Assembly: GCA_027365105.1 (NCBI GenBank)
Contig: DAHXNZ010000008.1
Coordinates: forward strand, 129 to 64,128
From: Thermoplasmata archaeon
GTDB taxonomy: Archaea > Thermoplasmatota > Thermoplasmata > Lutacidiplasmatales > UBA184
Length of the DNA stretch: 64,000 nucleotides
Direction of reading: 5' to 3'
A model generated the notes under the pieces. That model made no database searches, was not told where the DNA came from, and saw nothing but the letters and a program-made list of their open reading frames with translations. Numbering within the stretch: the first letter of the stretch is position 1; each line of letters starts with the position of its first letter. Positions 28,449-40,364 of this stretch are shown here, piece by piece. Both the position numbers and the translations under genes were made by a program.

Positions 28449-29546
28449 CTACGGTTCGGCCGGGGCGGCCGGGAGGTTGCCTTCGGCCGCGGCCGAGGCG
28501 GAGACCGGCGCGGCCCCCGGAGCTCGGGCCTGGGGGTTGGCCAGGTTCTTGGGGAGTCCCAGGAGGTCGAGGAGCTCCTTGTAGTGGTTGCGGATGGTGA
28601 CCGGGGTCACATTGGCGACCGCCGCGATCCGGTCTTGGCTCCGGGGTTCGCCCATGAGATTCGACGCGATGTAGATGATCGTCGCCAGAATCCCGTTGGG
28701 AAGGACCCCACTCGTCGAGTAGACCTGCTCCACCTGCTCGAGGAGGCTCAGGACCTTGGCCCGAACCTCCTTGGAGAGATTGAGGTCCTGAGTGAACCGC
28801 ACCAAGTAGTCCCGGGGCTCGACCGGCTTGAGACCGAGCTTGAGTTCGCGCGCCAGGAGGGTGTAGGCCCGGCCCACCTCGATCTTGGAGGCCTTGGAGT
28901 GGGCAATGATCTCCTTCATCGTCCGGGGCACGTGGCACTGCCGGCACGCCGCGTAGACGCTCGCCGCGACCAGCGCGACGATCTTCTTGCCCCGCGTCGC
29001 CTTGTGCTCCAAGGCTCGCCGATAGATGTAGGTCGCCGACTCCTTGACCTCCCGGGAAAGGCCGAGGACCCCCGCCAGCCGGTTCATCTCGCCGAGCGCC
29101 ACCACGAGGTTGCGCTGGTGGGTGCGAGCCGCCCGCAGGCGATGGTTGAGTTTCCGGAGGTGGTAAAACTTGAGCGAGGTGTTCCGCGAGAGGCTATTGC
29201 CCTGGAAATCGCGGGTGGGGACCCCGATCTCGCTGAAGAGCCCCTTGTCGGGCATCAGCGGTGAAATGACCGGGCCCCAGCCCCGGGCCTCCCGCCCGGT
29301 GTCCTCCTTCGAGCCGCGTTGACCGCGGTCGCTGACGAGGGCGCTCTGGTCGACGACCAGCCCACAGTCCGCGCAGACAATCTCCCCCCGGATCTCGTCG
29401 CGGATCAGGTGGGAGGAGCCGCAGTTCGGGCAGGCATCCGCCGAAGCCGGAGTCGGGGAGTCGGGAGACGGGGCCGCTCGGGGCGCCGTGCGCGCGACAT
29501 TCGTCCGATGTCCCGGACTTGTGGCCGGATGCGAGGTGGGCTTCAT
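28449..29546 (-). CDS. tfb: transcription initiation factor TFB (divergent paralogue)
   Basis: CPNC/CADC Zn ribbon, DKGL, AASVYAACR....PRT, and a second cyclin repeat ending VTPVTIRNHYKEL. Confidence 0.9.
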   Translation of the reverse strand: MKPTSHPATSPGHRTNVARTAPRAAPSPDSPTPASADACPNCGSSHLIRDEIRGEIVCADCGLVVDQSALVSDRGQRGSKEDTGREARGWGPVISPLMPDKGLFSEIGVPTRDFQGNSLSRNTSLKFYHLRKLNHRLRAARTHQRNLVVALGEMNRLAGVLGLSREVKESATYIYRRALEHKATRGKKIVALVAASVYAACRQCHVPRTMKEIIAHSKASKIEVGRAYTLLARELKLGLKPVEPRDYLVRFTQDLNLSKEVRAKVLSLLEQVEQVYSTSGVLPNGILATIIYIASNLMGEPRSQDRIAAVANVTPVTIRNHYKELLDLLGLPKNLANPQARAPGAAPVSASAAAEGNLPAAPAEP

Positions 29547-29571
29547 GTTCGTAGCGTGAACTACCCGCCAC

Positions 29572-29585
29572 GCTTATATATACAT
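29572..29585 (-). promoter_or_regulatory. TATA box (ATGTATATATAAGC) for tfb
   Basis: About 28-35 nt upstream of ATG 29546. Confidence 0.65.
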
Positions 29586-29733
29586 TTCCAGGCCGTTGTA
29601 AGGGTTGTTCCTACAAAATATACACTGTGACCGGTTTTAGCACGGTCACCCGACGCAGCGGTCGGCTTCGGGGGGGTCCGGGCAGGCGGGGGGAGCCTTC
29701 CGGCGGCGACAAACCCTCCGCCCGCCGAGGGGC

Positions 29734-31008
29734 TCAGAGTGGGGTCAGCGTAAAGAGGCAGCCATGGCGGGCGTGCTGACGGGGGTCCGGGCTGGAGACG
29801 GTCCATCGACCGCCGACACGGCTCTCGAAGAGCGTGGCCAACAGGCGGGGGCAGAGCACCCGGCCGATCTCCGGCGAGTCTTTGGTGCAGGCAAAGCAGC
29901 CTCGGGTCCGGAGCGTCAGCGGCCGTTCCTTGACCAGCGTCACGGATGACCCGGGCGGGCCCCCCTGCCTCGCTGCCAGGGAGGCGACGACCTGAGCCGG
30001 CGTCGTTCCCTCCAGCTCCTGGGCCAGCTGGCGGCCCGCCTGCCGCGCCACCGTATCGATCCAGTCGGGCAGGTTGAGATGGATCTCTGGGAGGCCGGTG
30101 GTCTTGAGGCCCAGGAGCGCAACCTCCCGGAGCCGGACCAGGGTGGTGCTGTTCCTCCCCGGCCGAAGGATCAGCGGCACCGGTGACGGAGCCTCGATCT
30201 CCACCAGCCGTTCCTCGAACGGCATCGCCGTGATCCAGCGGCTCCGGTGGTACTCCAGGGCCTGCCGGACAAACTCCGGGGACGTCGACCAGATTCCGAT
30301 GAGGCCCTCGTCGGGCCGGCCCGCCGATGCGGTCCCGCCGATAAACAGCAACGCCCCCGCCCGGTCGACCACGATCGACGGCCGGGCGATCGGCCCGCCC
30401 GCATGCCGGACGGTCGCAATCGCTCCAAAGTGGCGCGCCTCCGGGAGGTTGGAGGCGAGGACTTCGGTCAGCACCCGGACCACGACACCGCGGTCGCGGG
30501 CCGACCGAATCGCCCGGGCGACCGCACCGTCCAGGAACCGGGAGAGTTCGGCCGCCCCAGCCGTCACCTGGATCTCCCGCGAGGCGGCCCCCATCCGTTG
30601 CGAGAGGAACCGGTCGATGGCCCGGGCCCCCTCCAAGATGCCGAACCGTCGGGGGTCGGCGGCGTTCGACTCGAGGCGCTGGTCCTGCCACTCCTGCATC
30701 ACCGGGACCTTCGCCGATTCGAGCCGGCTCAGCTTGTCCCGGGTCCTCTGGATCCAGCGTTCGAAGAGGGACTCCGGGGGTAGCGCGGCCCACCGCATCG
30801 GTCGTCCCCCGACCGCGGAGAGCAATCCCTCCGAGGTCAACTGCCGGATCAGGCGGTAGGCCTCGACCCGATGAAGCGCTGTCATTCGGGCAAGCTCGCT
30901 CGCGGTCTGGGGACCCTCCCGGCAGGCGGCCAGGTAGATCCGGGCGGCGGGCTCAGCGACCCCGTGTTCCACGAGAAGCTCGCGGAGCCCAGACCCCGGT
31001 CGGCCCAT
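29734..31008 (-). CDS. TrmB-family HTH regulator with C-terminal Cys-containing V4R-like domain
   Basis: ARIYL..GPQTASELAR...R.EAYR wHTH; TrmB middle domain (GVVVRVLT, IVVD); CFAC..C..C. Confidence 0.75.
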   Translation of the reverse strand: MGRPGSGLRELLVEHGVAEPAARIYLAACREGPQTASELARMTALHRVEAYRLIRQLTSEGLLSAVGGRPMRWAALPPESLFERWIQRTRDKLSRLESAKVPVMQEWQDQRLESNAADPRRFGILEGARAIDRFLSQRMGAASREIQVTAGAAELSRFLDGAVARAIRSARDRGVVVRVLTEVLASNLPEARHFGAIATVRHAGGPIARPSIVVDRAGALLFIGGTASAGRPDEGLIGIWSTSPEFVRQALEYHRSRWITAMPFEERLVEIEAPSPVPLILRPGRNSTTLVRLREVALLGLKTTGLPEIHLNLPDWIDTVARQAGRQLAQELEGTTPAQVVASLAARQGGPPGSSVTLVKERPLTLRTRGCFACTKDSPEIGRVLCPRLLATLFESRVGGRWTVSSPDPRQHARHGCLFTLTPL

Positions 31009-31081
31009 ACCGATACCGAGGGAGAGATGGAATAAAAAACGGAGCTACGGCCGTGCGCTCCTCGCCCGTCGGGCCGGTCGG

Positions 31082-31738
31082 TTAGAGGGCCGCCTCGAAG
31101 TCTTCCATCGTCAGGGAAAACGGAACCTCGACGCCCGGGGACCGCGCCCGGAGTACCTCGCGGGTCAGGAGCCAGTACACCGCGGCCAGGGAGACCCGCC
31201 CCTTGTTGTTGGCCGGAATCACGAGGTCGACGTCCCGGGTCTCGTTGTTGACATCGCACAGGCCCACGACCGGGATGCCGATGGAGACCGCCTCGCTCAG
31301 CGCCTGCTGATCGGTCGCCGGGTCGGTGACCACCAGGACCTTCGGTTCGAAGTATTCCGCCAAGCTTGGGTTGGTGAGGCATCCCGGGACGAACCGGTCG
31401 GCGAAGGAGACGGCACCAATCTGCTTTGCGAAGATCCGGACCGGCTTTTGACCATACTGCCGCTGGGAGACGGTCAGGATCTTGTCGGCCGGGAACCGGG
31501 CCAGGAAAGCGGCCGCGAGCCGGATTCGCCGGTCGGTCTCCCGGATATCGAGGACATGAAGCCCGTCGAAGCGGACCTTGTGGACAAACCGTCGCATGCT
31601 GGCCGACTTTTGCTGGGTCCCGATATGGACCCCCGAGGTCAGATAGGTATCTTCGGGAATCAGGAGCTCGCCGGGAGCGATGTCCTGGCCGTCGCCGGCT
31701 TGGGTAGAACTGGACTGCATCATCTCGTCTTCGGACAT
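31082..31738 (-). CDS. rps2: 30S ribosomal protein S2
   Basis: YLTSGVHIGTQQK, RFVPG.LTNP and IPANNKGR motifs. Confidence 0.96.
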   Translation of the reverse strand: MSEDEMMQSSSTQAGDGQDIAPGELLIPEDTYLTSGVHIGTQQKSASMRRFVHKVRFDGLHVLDIRETDRRIRLAAAFLARFPADKILTVSQRQYGQKPVRIFAKQIGAVSFADRFVPGCLTNPSLAEYFEPKVLVVTDPATDQQALSEAVSIGIPVVGLCDVNNETRDVDLVIPANNKGRVSLAAVYWLLTREVLRARSPGVEVPFSLTMEDFEAAL

Positions 31739-31739
31739 G

Positions 31740-32957
31740 TTACCCCTGCGAGGTGCCGCGTGCCAGCCGCAGGAGTTCATTTAGCTTTGCCACCCGCTCC
31801 CCGCCGAGAACGCCGCACTTGAGCCCCCGCGAGCCGGCGGCGACCGCCACATGGGTGAGCCAGGCGTCGGGCACCTCGCCGGACCGGTGGGAGGTCACCG
31901 TCAGGATCTCCCGGGATCGGGCGAGATCGACGGTCTCGAAGGTATCGGTCAATGTCCCGACCTGGTTGACCTTCACCAGCACCGCATTCGTCGCCTCACG
32001 TCGGATCCCTTCGGCCAGCCGACCGGCGCGCGTCGCATAGAGGTCGTCCCCGACGATCAGCGCCCGATGGCCGACCGCCCGGGTGAGCCGGGCAAAAGAG
32101 GCCCAGTCATCCTGCTGGAACGGATCCTCGATGTAGCGAAGGTCGTACTTCTCGACCAGTTCCTGGAGAAAGGCGAACTGCCCGTCGGGGTCCAGGGTCC
32201 GGTGACGGTAATGGTAGGCTCCGCCCCGATAAAATTCGCTCGCCGCGAGATCGAGCCCGGGGTGGACCGGCACCTGGAGCGCCTCACGGGTCTCGGCGCA
32301 GGCCCGGGCCAGGAGCTCGACGGCCGCCTCGCTAGTCAAGGGGGCGACCCAGCCGCCCTCGTCCCCGCGCCCCAGCGCGAGGTCCGGGAACTGGGCCCTC
32401 AGGGCGGCTCCGATCCGACGGTGGACCTCCTCCACCGCGGCGATCGATTCGCTCGGGCTCCCGCCCTCCGCGAAGGCGATGAACTCCTGAATCTCGGGGC
32501 CGCCGGTCGCGTGGACCCCGCCGTTCATGCAGTTGCCGACAATGGCCGGGAAACGCCGGCCGTCGACCCCGGGCCGGGCGAGCAGCTTCCACAGCGGGAC
32601 CCCTTGCTCCCGAGCCGCGGCCCGGGCGGACGCGACCGAGACGGCGGTCGCGGTGTTGCCGCCGATGTGCGAGAAGTTCGGCGTTCCGTCCACTTCGTGG
32701 AGGACCCGGTCGATCCCGGCGGTGGTGGAGACCTCGAGCGACTGGAGGGCCGGGCGGACGTGCGCCTCGAACCTCTGGAGGGCGACCGGCACCCCACCCT
32801 CCGGGAACGCGAGCGCCTCGTGGCTGCTCGTGCTCGCCCCGCTCGGCGCGGCCGCCCGACCGACCGACCCGCCCGAGAGCTCGACCGTGGCCTCGACGGT
32901 CAATCGACCGCGGCTATCGTAAACCGGATCCAGACGGACCGACCGGATCGCACTCAT
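31740..32957 (-). CDS. eno: enolase
   Basis: DSRG, PSGAST, GDEGG, IEDPF, GDDL, KVNQVG and SHRSGE motifs. Confidence 0.95.
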   Translation of the reverse strand: MSAIRSVRLDPVYDSRGRLTVEATVELSGGSVGRAAAPSGASTSSHEALAFPEGGVPVALQRFEAHVRPALQSLEVSTTAGIDRVLHEVDGTPNFSHIGGNTATAVSVASARAAAREQGVPLWKLLARPGVDGRRFPAIVGNCMNGGVHATGGPEIQEFIAFAEGGSPSESIAAVEEVHRRIGAALRAQFPDLALGRGDEGGWVAPLTSEAAVELLARACAETREALQVPVHPGLDLAASEFYRGGAYHYRHRTLDPDGQFAFLQELVEKYDLRYIEDPFQQDDWASFARLTRAVGHRALIVGDDLYATRAGRLAEGIRREATNAVLVKVNQVGTLTDTFETVDLARSREILTVTSHRSGEVPDAWLTHVAVAAGSRGLKCGVLGGERVAKLNELLRLARGTSQG

Positions 32958-33373
32958 GGATGGGCCTCCACGAACTCGACCAGGACCCCGCCGTACGTCG
33001 CCGGGTGCGCAAATCCGACCCGGTGGCCCCCGGCCCCCGGGCGGCTGCGGGTGTCGACCAGCCGGCCCCCGGAGCGGGCGACTTCGGCCAGGGCGGCGTC
33101 CACATCGGGCACCGTGAAGGCGAGATGGTGCAGACCCTCGCCGCGCTGGTCCAAGAACCGCCCGACCGGAGAGTCCGGCTGGGTGGGTTCCAGAAGCTCG
33201 ATCCGGCTCTCGCCGACGCGGAGGAAGGCCACCCGGACCCGCTGGGTCGGGACCTCCTCGAGGGGGTTTGCCGGGGCCCCCAGCCATGGGGTCCAGCGGC
33301 CCAGCGCCTCCTCGATCTTGCGCACGGCAATCCCGACGTGGTCGATTCTTCCAATCGTTGCGGTTCCGTTCAT
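32954..33373 (-). CDS. mce: methylmalonyl-CoA epimerase
   Basis: IDHVGIAV, IELLEP, GLHHLAF and GVLVEFVE motifs; follows the mutase gene. Confidence 0.92.
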   Translation of the reverse strand: MNGTATIGRIDHVGIAVRKIEEALGRWTPWLGAPANPLEEVPTQRVRVAFLRVGESRIELLEPTQPDSPVGRFLDQRGEGLHHLAFTVPDVDAALAEVARSGGRLVDTRSRPGAGGHRVGFAHPATYGGVLVEFVEAHP

Positions 33374-33380
33374 AGGACCT

Positions 33381-35057
<1,677 letters not shown>

Positions 35058-35080
35058 TGCCCGAAGACGGGCGCGGCGTA

Positions 35081-36772
35081 TTAATGAGTTCCGGACGGGC
35101 GGACCAACGGCCAGAGCGCCGAGAGATCGGCCTCGAACCAGGCGACCGGCACCGGCACGCCCAGCGCCTCAAGCACCCGGGGGTGCAGTTCGCCGAGTTC
35201 GGCGACCTCGACACCGGCGACCCGGACCCGGGCCGATCGCCCCACAATGGCCGAGGAGTGGTCGAAGGGCTCCCGGACCGAACTCACGTCCAGGGCGTCC
35301 AGCAGACAGTCGGAAATCGCGGCGACATCGGAAAACCCGCGGCCCTCTTCGGCCCAGGCCAGCGCGGCGTGGTAGCGCGTCGAACCGGCCGCTCGGCCGG
35401 TTCCGGGGGGGTCCAGGATCGGCCCAATCTCGCTCCAGATCTGAGGGTAACCGTGGCGGGTGTTGCGCCGGAGGGTGCCCGCCATCGACAGAAGCAGCGA
35501 GGGTCGCGCGTAGGCGTATTCCCGCGAGACCGGATTCTCGATCCGGATGGCGGGGGGAGACCCGAGCGCCTCGACCGTATCGGCCGAAACGAGGACGGTG
35601 TTGCACAGCGGCGTCGCTCCGAGGCCGAGGAAGAGCGGAGCCCAGCGTCGCCGGAATCGGACCTCCTCGAGCCGTCCGCCCCGGGTCCGTGAAGGGAGGA
35701 TCCGGCCCTCTTCGGCCGTCAACCCCCGGGCGACCAGCACCTCTTCGGTCAGGTCCACCTCGCCCAGGAGGTCGGGGCGCCACGGGGGGACCTCAACCTC
35801 CCAGCCTCCCGGTACGGCGCGGGCCCCGAGCCGGGCGCGTCGGAGCCATTCCTCGACCTCCGGGGGAGAAAGTGCATAGCCCGTCCGCTCGGCCAACGCA
35901 CGGGATGTGAGGTGGATTCGAATCGGCACATCGCGAGCGGCTCCGGCCGATTCGGCTTCACGGGCGGGGTGGACCGAAACCGGAGACCACGACCATCCGC
36001 GGCCGGCGAACACCACCTCTAGGAGCCCGAGGATCTCCTGCGTGGTCCTTTCCGTCAGGCCCGTCGATTCGAGCAGGAGGTCGAGGTCCCCCGGCCGGGC
36101 CTCTCCGTAGCTGCCCGAGTTCAGGATCGGCGGGAGGCTCAGGAGGTGGCCCTCGGCATCCCTCAGGGTCAGGATACGGTCATCCACCCGGCCGTAGGCA
36201 CCGTACTTTTCGGCGAATGGATGCTGGGCGTAGAACTCCCGCGCCGTCCGGGCGGAGGTCTCACCGAGCGGGGTGAACCGGACTTGATCGATCGGCTCGA
36301 GGGCATAGCGGAGCGGGGAGCGAAGTTCCCGCAACGGGTACATTCCGAGGCTGGCCGCGCGACGATCCCGCCCCACGGTGGCGTGGAGGGTCTCCTGGAA
36401 CCGGATCGCCTCGGCCAGCAGGTCCGAGTCGAGGGGTCGGCCGTGCGGGGCGTGGACCCGGATCGCCGCGAGGGCCGGACGCAGGGGAGCGACCGACCGG
36501 TCGATCTGGACCGCGAACCGCTCAGCGTCCGGCCTCCGGGGCCACGGCGGCGGCCCTCGAGTCCGGTCAAGCGCCCCGGCCAGGGCAAGCGAAAGGCCCG
36601 TCTCGGTCAGGAGATCCAGTCGGTCCGGGGTGACGGAGATGGTCAGGTCGTCTCCGTGGATCCGTTCGAGCTCCGCCTTGGTCGGGAACAGCCACTCGGT
36701 CAGATTCGCTTCGGTCGCGGACGAGCCCAGGAGCCGCTCGAGTCGGCTCAGGGAAAGGTGCTCTTGCGGCAT
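35081..36772 (-). CDS. pheT: phenylalanyl-tRNA synthetase beta subunit
   Basis: DRLDLL, QETLH.TVGR.R, SLPPILNS, RPDLL and GELHP motifs. Confidence 0.93.
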   Translation of the reverse strand: MPQEHLSLSRLERLLGSSATEANLTEWLFPTKAELERIHGDDLTISVTPDRLDLLTETGLSLALAGALDRTRGPPPWPRRPDAERFAVQIDRSVAPLRPALAAIRVHAPHGRPLDSDLLAEAIRFQETLHATVGRDRRAASLGMYPLRELRSPLRYALEPIDQVRFTPLGETSARTAREFYAQHPFAEKYGAYGRVDDRILTLRDAEGHLLSLPPILNSGSYGEARPGDLDLLLESTGLTERTTQEILGLLEVVFAGRGWSWSPVSVHPAREAESAGAARDVPIRIHLTSRALAERTGYALSPPEVEEWLRRARLGARAVPGGWEVEVPPWRPDLLGEVDLTEEVLVARGLTAEEGRILPSRTRGGRLEEVRFRRRWAPLFLGLGATPLCNTVLVSADTVEALGSPPAIRIENPVSREYAYARPSLLLSMAGTLRRNTRHGYPQIWSEIGPILDPPGTGRAAGSTRYHAALAWAEEGRGFSDVAAISDCLLDALDVSSVREPFDHSSAIVGRSARVRVAGVEVAELGELHPRVLEALGVPVPVAWFEADLSALWPLVRPSGTH

Positions 36773-36773
36773 C

Positions 36774-38297
36774 CTACCGGTTCCCTCCACGGAGCCGGAG
36801 GTAGTCGTCGTCGTACAGTTCCCGGATGTCGTTGACCCCCAGCGCGACCATGGCGAGCCGGGCAATTCCGATGCCCCAGGCGGCCACCGGAACCTCGACG
36901 CCAAGCGGGGCGAGTACCTCGGGCCTCAGCAGCCCCCCCGGAAAGACCTCGATCCACCCGAGCAGGGGATGGCGGACGTACCCCTCGATGGACGGTTCGG
37001 TGAACGGGAAGTAGCTGGGCCGGAGTTTGAGCTCCCGTACTCCAATCGCTTCCGCGAGTTCACGGAACATTCCGACGACGTGTCGGATCGACACTCCTTC
37101 CTCCCCAAGAACTCCCTCACACTGGGTGAACTCGAGGTGATGGCGGGCGTCGACCTCCTCCCGGCGGAAATTCCGGTCGATGGAGAACATCCGGAACGGC
37201 GGTCGGGGTCCGTCGGCCAGGAACCGGGCCGACACCGCGGTCGTCTGGGATCGTAGGACCGGCCGCCGGGCGACGGCCGGATCATACCGGTCGCTCCAGC
37301 CCCGGCTCAGCGGCACGGCGAGGCCGGGGAGCGGGCGTCCTTCGTGGGCCGCCGCGACCCGAAGGAGCAGCGGCTCCGGTGGAGGGATCTCCGGCGCGCC
37401 TTCGACGGTCAGGGCGTCATGGATGGAACGGGCCGGGTGGTCCTGGGGCATGAAGAGCACGTCCGCATTCCAGAACTCGGTTTCGAGGAGCGGCCCCTCG
37501 GCCTGTTGGAAGCCGAGTCCCACCAGGATCTCCTCGAACTCCTCCAGCCAGGCCGCGTACGGGTGCGGCCGGGGAGAGAGGCGGTGCGGTGGGGGCGACC
37601 GAACGTCGTAGGGCCGGAAGCTGAGCTCCCGCCACCGTCCCCCGAGAAGCATCCCAGCCGTGACGGGCCCGACCTGAGAGTCGATGTCATCGAGCGGAAG
37701 GCGTCGCCCCGCCTCGGTGGCGGCCCACCGCTTCATCGTGTGGTGCTCGGTCTGGACCAGGCCCCGACGTTCCAGCTGGCGGAACGTCGCCTGATCGTCC
37801 ACGGGCTGAGCCCGATCGATCGCCTCCAGCACCGCTTCTTCGGGGAGTCGGGCGGGCAACGAACCCGAATCGACCTTGAGCCGAAGCGGGGTTGTTCCGT
37901 CCAGGTACCCCGCTCGACGGAGTCGCCCGATCGCGGCCGATCGCTCCTCCCCCGAGAACCCCGCCGCGGGCAGCGCCGAGATGGGGATCCCCGCGGACCC
38001 GGCGGCGTGGAGCAAGTCGAGCAGACGGCGCTCCGGCAGCCGGTCGACAAGGGCGGCCCGCCCCCGGGGGGTGAGGGAGGGCTCGGACCGGTGCAGCTCC
38101 TCCACCACGGCGAGCCGCTTTGACTTGAGCCGCTGGAGAGCGCCACGGATCTGGTCCGGAGAGAGCCCCGTCAACTCGGGGATGGCCCCCTCCTCGATCG
38201 GCATCGATCCGGCCGCCTGGAGGGCCCGGAGAACTGGACGCTCTGGGCCGGCGATGGTGAGGGCGGTCCCTTCAGGGTCGGAGGTCGGACCACTCAC
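36774..38297 (-). CDS. pheS: phenylalanyl-tRNA synthetase alpha subunit
   Basis: FWNAD.LFMPQDHPAR, FRRE, EFTQ.EG, YFPFTEPS and WGIGIARL motifs; GTG start. Confidence 0.95.
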   Translation of the reverse strand: MSGPTSDPEGTALTIAGPERPVLRALQAAGSMPIEEGAIPELTGLSPDQIRGALQRLKSKRLAVVEELHRSEPSLTPRGRAALVDRLPERRLLDLLHAAGSAGIPISALPAAGFSGEERSAAIGRLRRAGYLDGTTPLRLKVDSGSLPARLPEEAVLEAIDRAQPVDDQATFRQLERRGLVQTEHHTMKRWAATEAGRRLPLDDIDSQVGPVTAGMLLGGRWRELSFRPYDVRSPPPHRLSPRPHPYAAWLEEFEEILVGLGFQQAEGPLLETEFWNADVLFMPQDHPARSIHDALTVEGAPEIPPPEPLLLRVAAAHEGRPLPGLAVPLSRGWSDRYDPAVARRPVLRSQTTAVSARFLADGPRPPFRMFSIDRNFRREEVDARHHLEFTQCEGVLGEEGVSIRHVVGMFRELAEAIGVRELKLRPSYFPFTEPSIEGYVRHPLLGWIEVFPGGLLRPEVLAPLGVEVPVAAWGIGIARLAMVALGVNDIRELYDDDYLRLRGGNR

Positions 38298-39017
38298 GGG
38301 GCTCTGGAGTTCCGGGCGGGAATAAATGTTTCCGAGGAACGTCGTTCGTGGCGCCCTCCCGCCTTTGGATGCGGGACCGTCCGCCCCCTTCATCGTTCGG
38401 ACGCCGAGGTGAGTGGCCGTTCTTGCATCCTCGACCGGATCCGCGGCACTTTTCGGTGGGGTGGAGGTCCCGCCTCCAGCGGCCGCGCTTCCCTGGGGCC
38501 CGGAGTTTGCGCGGGGTGCGCGAACGAGGCCCCGGCGCGAGGAACGCCATGCACCGGTCCGGGTCACGGGCCCCCAGGTGTTCGCGATGGGCCGGAGGAG
38601 CTCCCCCTCCGGAATCGGGGCCGGGTAGAGGAGGCCGACGAATGAAAAATACGTTCTCGGCGCTGCTCCCGAATCCAGGTCCCCGGCCCCGCCAGGCCGG
38701 TTACCCACTCCCAGCGCCTTGGAGGCCGCGCTCGCCGATACCGTCATCCCGGGCGGCTGCGTTCTGGCCACGGCCCTGCCGGAACTCCTCGAGGTCCGCG
38801 ATCCGCGCAGTGACCGGCCCCTCCGGCATGGGCCCGCGCAGGGAGTTGGACGGAGCTCGGGCAACGGATCCAGGGTCCGGATCGGACCCCGCCGCCCGTT
38901 GATCCCTGTGACCCGCCCGGACTACGGCTTTCCGCCCGGCTATGGGACACGGCCCCCGGACAGGCACAAAGGGATATGCGCGACCGGACTACAGCGTGGA
39001 GCAGCGGGAGGGATCGG

Positions 39018-40358
39018 ATGGTGCTGGACTCCCTTGGAAAGTCCCTACGCGGCGTCCTCCAGAAGATCGCCCGGGGATCGACAGTCGACGAGGCCCTTCT
39101 GAGCGAAGTGGTCCGGGACATCCAGCGGGCGCTCCTCCAAGCGGATGTCAATGTCCAGCTGGCGCTCGACCTCACCCAACGAGTCCGACGACGGGCCACC
39201 CAAGAAAAACCTCCGGCCGGGGCGAGCATGCGAGACTTCCTCGTCCGGATCATCTACGAGGAGATCCGGGGCATCTTGGGGAAGGAAGGAGTCTTCGAGC
39301 TTCGGCCCCGACGCATCCTCCTGACCGGCCTCTTCGGCCAAGGGAAAACCACGACGGCGGGGAAGCTGGCCCGTCACTTCCAGAAGAAAGGGGTCCGGGT
39401 CGGTCTGGTGGCGGCCGATGTCCACCGCCCAGCCGCGATCGATCAGCTCCAGCAGCTGGCGCAGCGGGTTGGTTGCGAGTTCTTTGCCGACCGCCACGAG
39501 CCGCGGGCCGAGAAGGTGGTCGAGCGGGCGCTGGCAACGTTCCCGCCCCACCTCGCGGTGATCGTCGACACGGCCGGGCGCAGCGGCATCGACACCGAAC
39601 TCATCGAGGAGCTTCAGAGGGTCCGGGCCGTCCTCCAGCCCGACGCGACTCTCCTAGTCCTTGACGCCGCGATGGGCCAGGCCGCGGGACGGAGTGCCCA
39701 GGCGTTCCACACCGCCGTCGGTGTCACCGGGGTCATCCTCACAAAGCTGGACGGTTCGGCCAAGGGCGGAGGGGCCCTCTCCGCCGTCGCGGTGACCCAA
39801 GCCCCGATCCTTTTCATCGGAACGGGAGAGCATCTCGATGAACTCGAACGGTTCGACCCGACCCGCTTCGTCAGCCGACTCCTCGGGATGGGGGATGTCC
39901 AGACCTTGCTGGAACGGTTCGAAGCCCTATCGAACCAGGAGGAAGCCCAGAAGGCTGCCGAGCATCTGATGACCGGCCGGTTCACCCTCCGCGACATGCG
40001 GGCCCAACTGTCGTCCCTGGGCGAGATGGGCACCTTTTCCAAGCTGTTCAGCTTCCTGCCGGGACTGGGCGGGGCGAAGGTCTCCGATCAGCAGCTCGAC
40101 GCCACCCAGATCCGGATGCGCCGCTACCGGGCCATCCTCGACTCGATGAACTCCACCGAACTGGAGGACGCCCACATCATCAAGGCCGACCGGATCCGGC
40201 GGATCGCGCGGGGCAGCGGTTCCCGCCCCCAGGATGTCCGGGCGCTGCTCAAACATTTCGACCAGACCCGGAAGGCCGCCCACGGCATTGCGTCGAACCG
40301 CAGGTTTCGACGCCAGCTCGAGCGGCAGATGGCCCAAGGGGGCCCTCCATCACCGTAG
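39018..40358 (+). CDS. srp54: signal recognition particle protein SRP54
   Basis: IQRALLQADVNV, GQGKTTT, DTAGR and TKLDGSAKGGG motifs; M domain. Confidence 0.96.
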   Translation: MVLDSLGKSLRGVLQKIARGSTVDEALLSEVVRDIQRALLQADVNVQLALDLTQRVRRRATQEKPPAGASMRDFLVRIIYEEIRGILGKEGVFELRPRRILLTGLFGQGKTTTAGKLARHFQKKGVRVGLVAADVHRPAAIDQLQQLAQRVGCEFFADRHEPRAEKVVERALATFPPHLAVIVDTAGRSGIDTELIEELQRVRAVLQPDATLLVLDAAMGQAAGRSAQAFHTAVGVTGVILTKLDGSAKGGGALSAVAVTQAPILFIGTGEHLDELERFDPTRFVSRLLGMGDVQTLLERFEALSNQEEAQKAAEHLMTGRFTLRDMRAQLSSLGEMGTFSKLFSFLPGLGGAKVSDQQLDATQIRMRRYRAILDSMNSTELEDAHIIKADRIRRIARGSGSRPQDVRALLKHFDQTRKAAHGIASNRRFRRQLERQMAQGGPPSP

Positions 40359-40364
40359 GCCGCC

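Noticed and set aside
38298..39017. SRP RNA next to srp54
   Set aside because: The helix-8 consensus (CAGG..CGGAAGG.AGCAG) was not found on either strand
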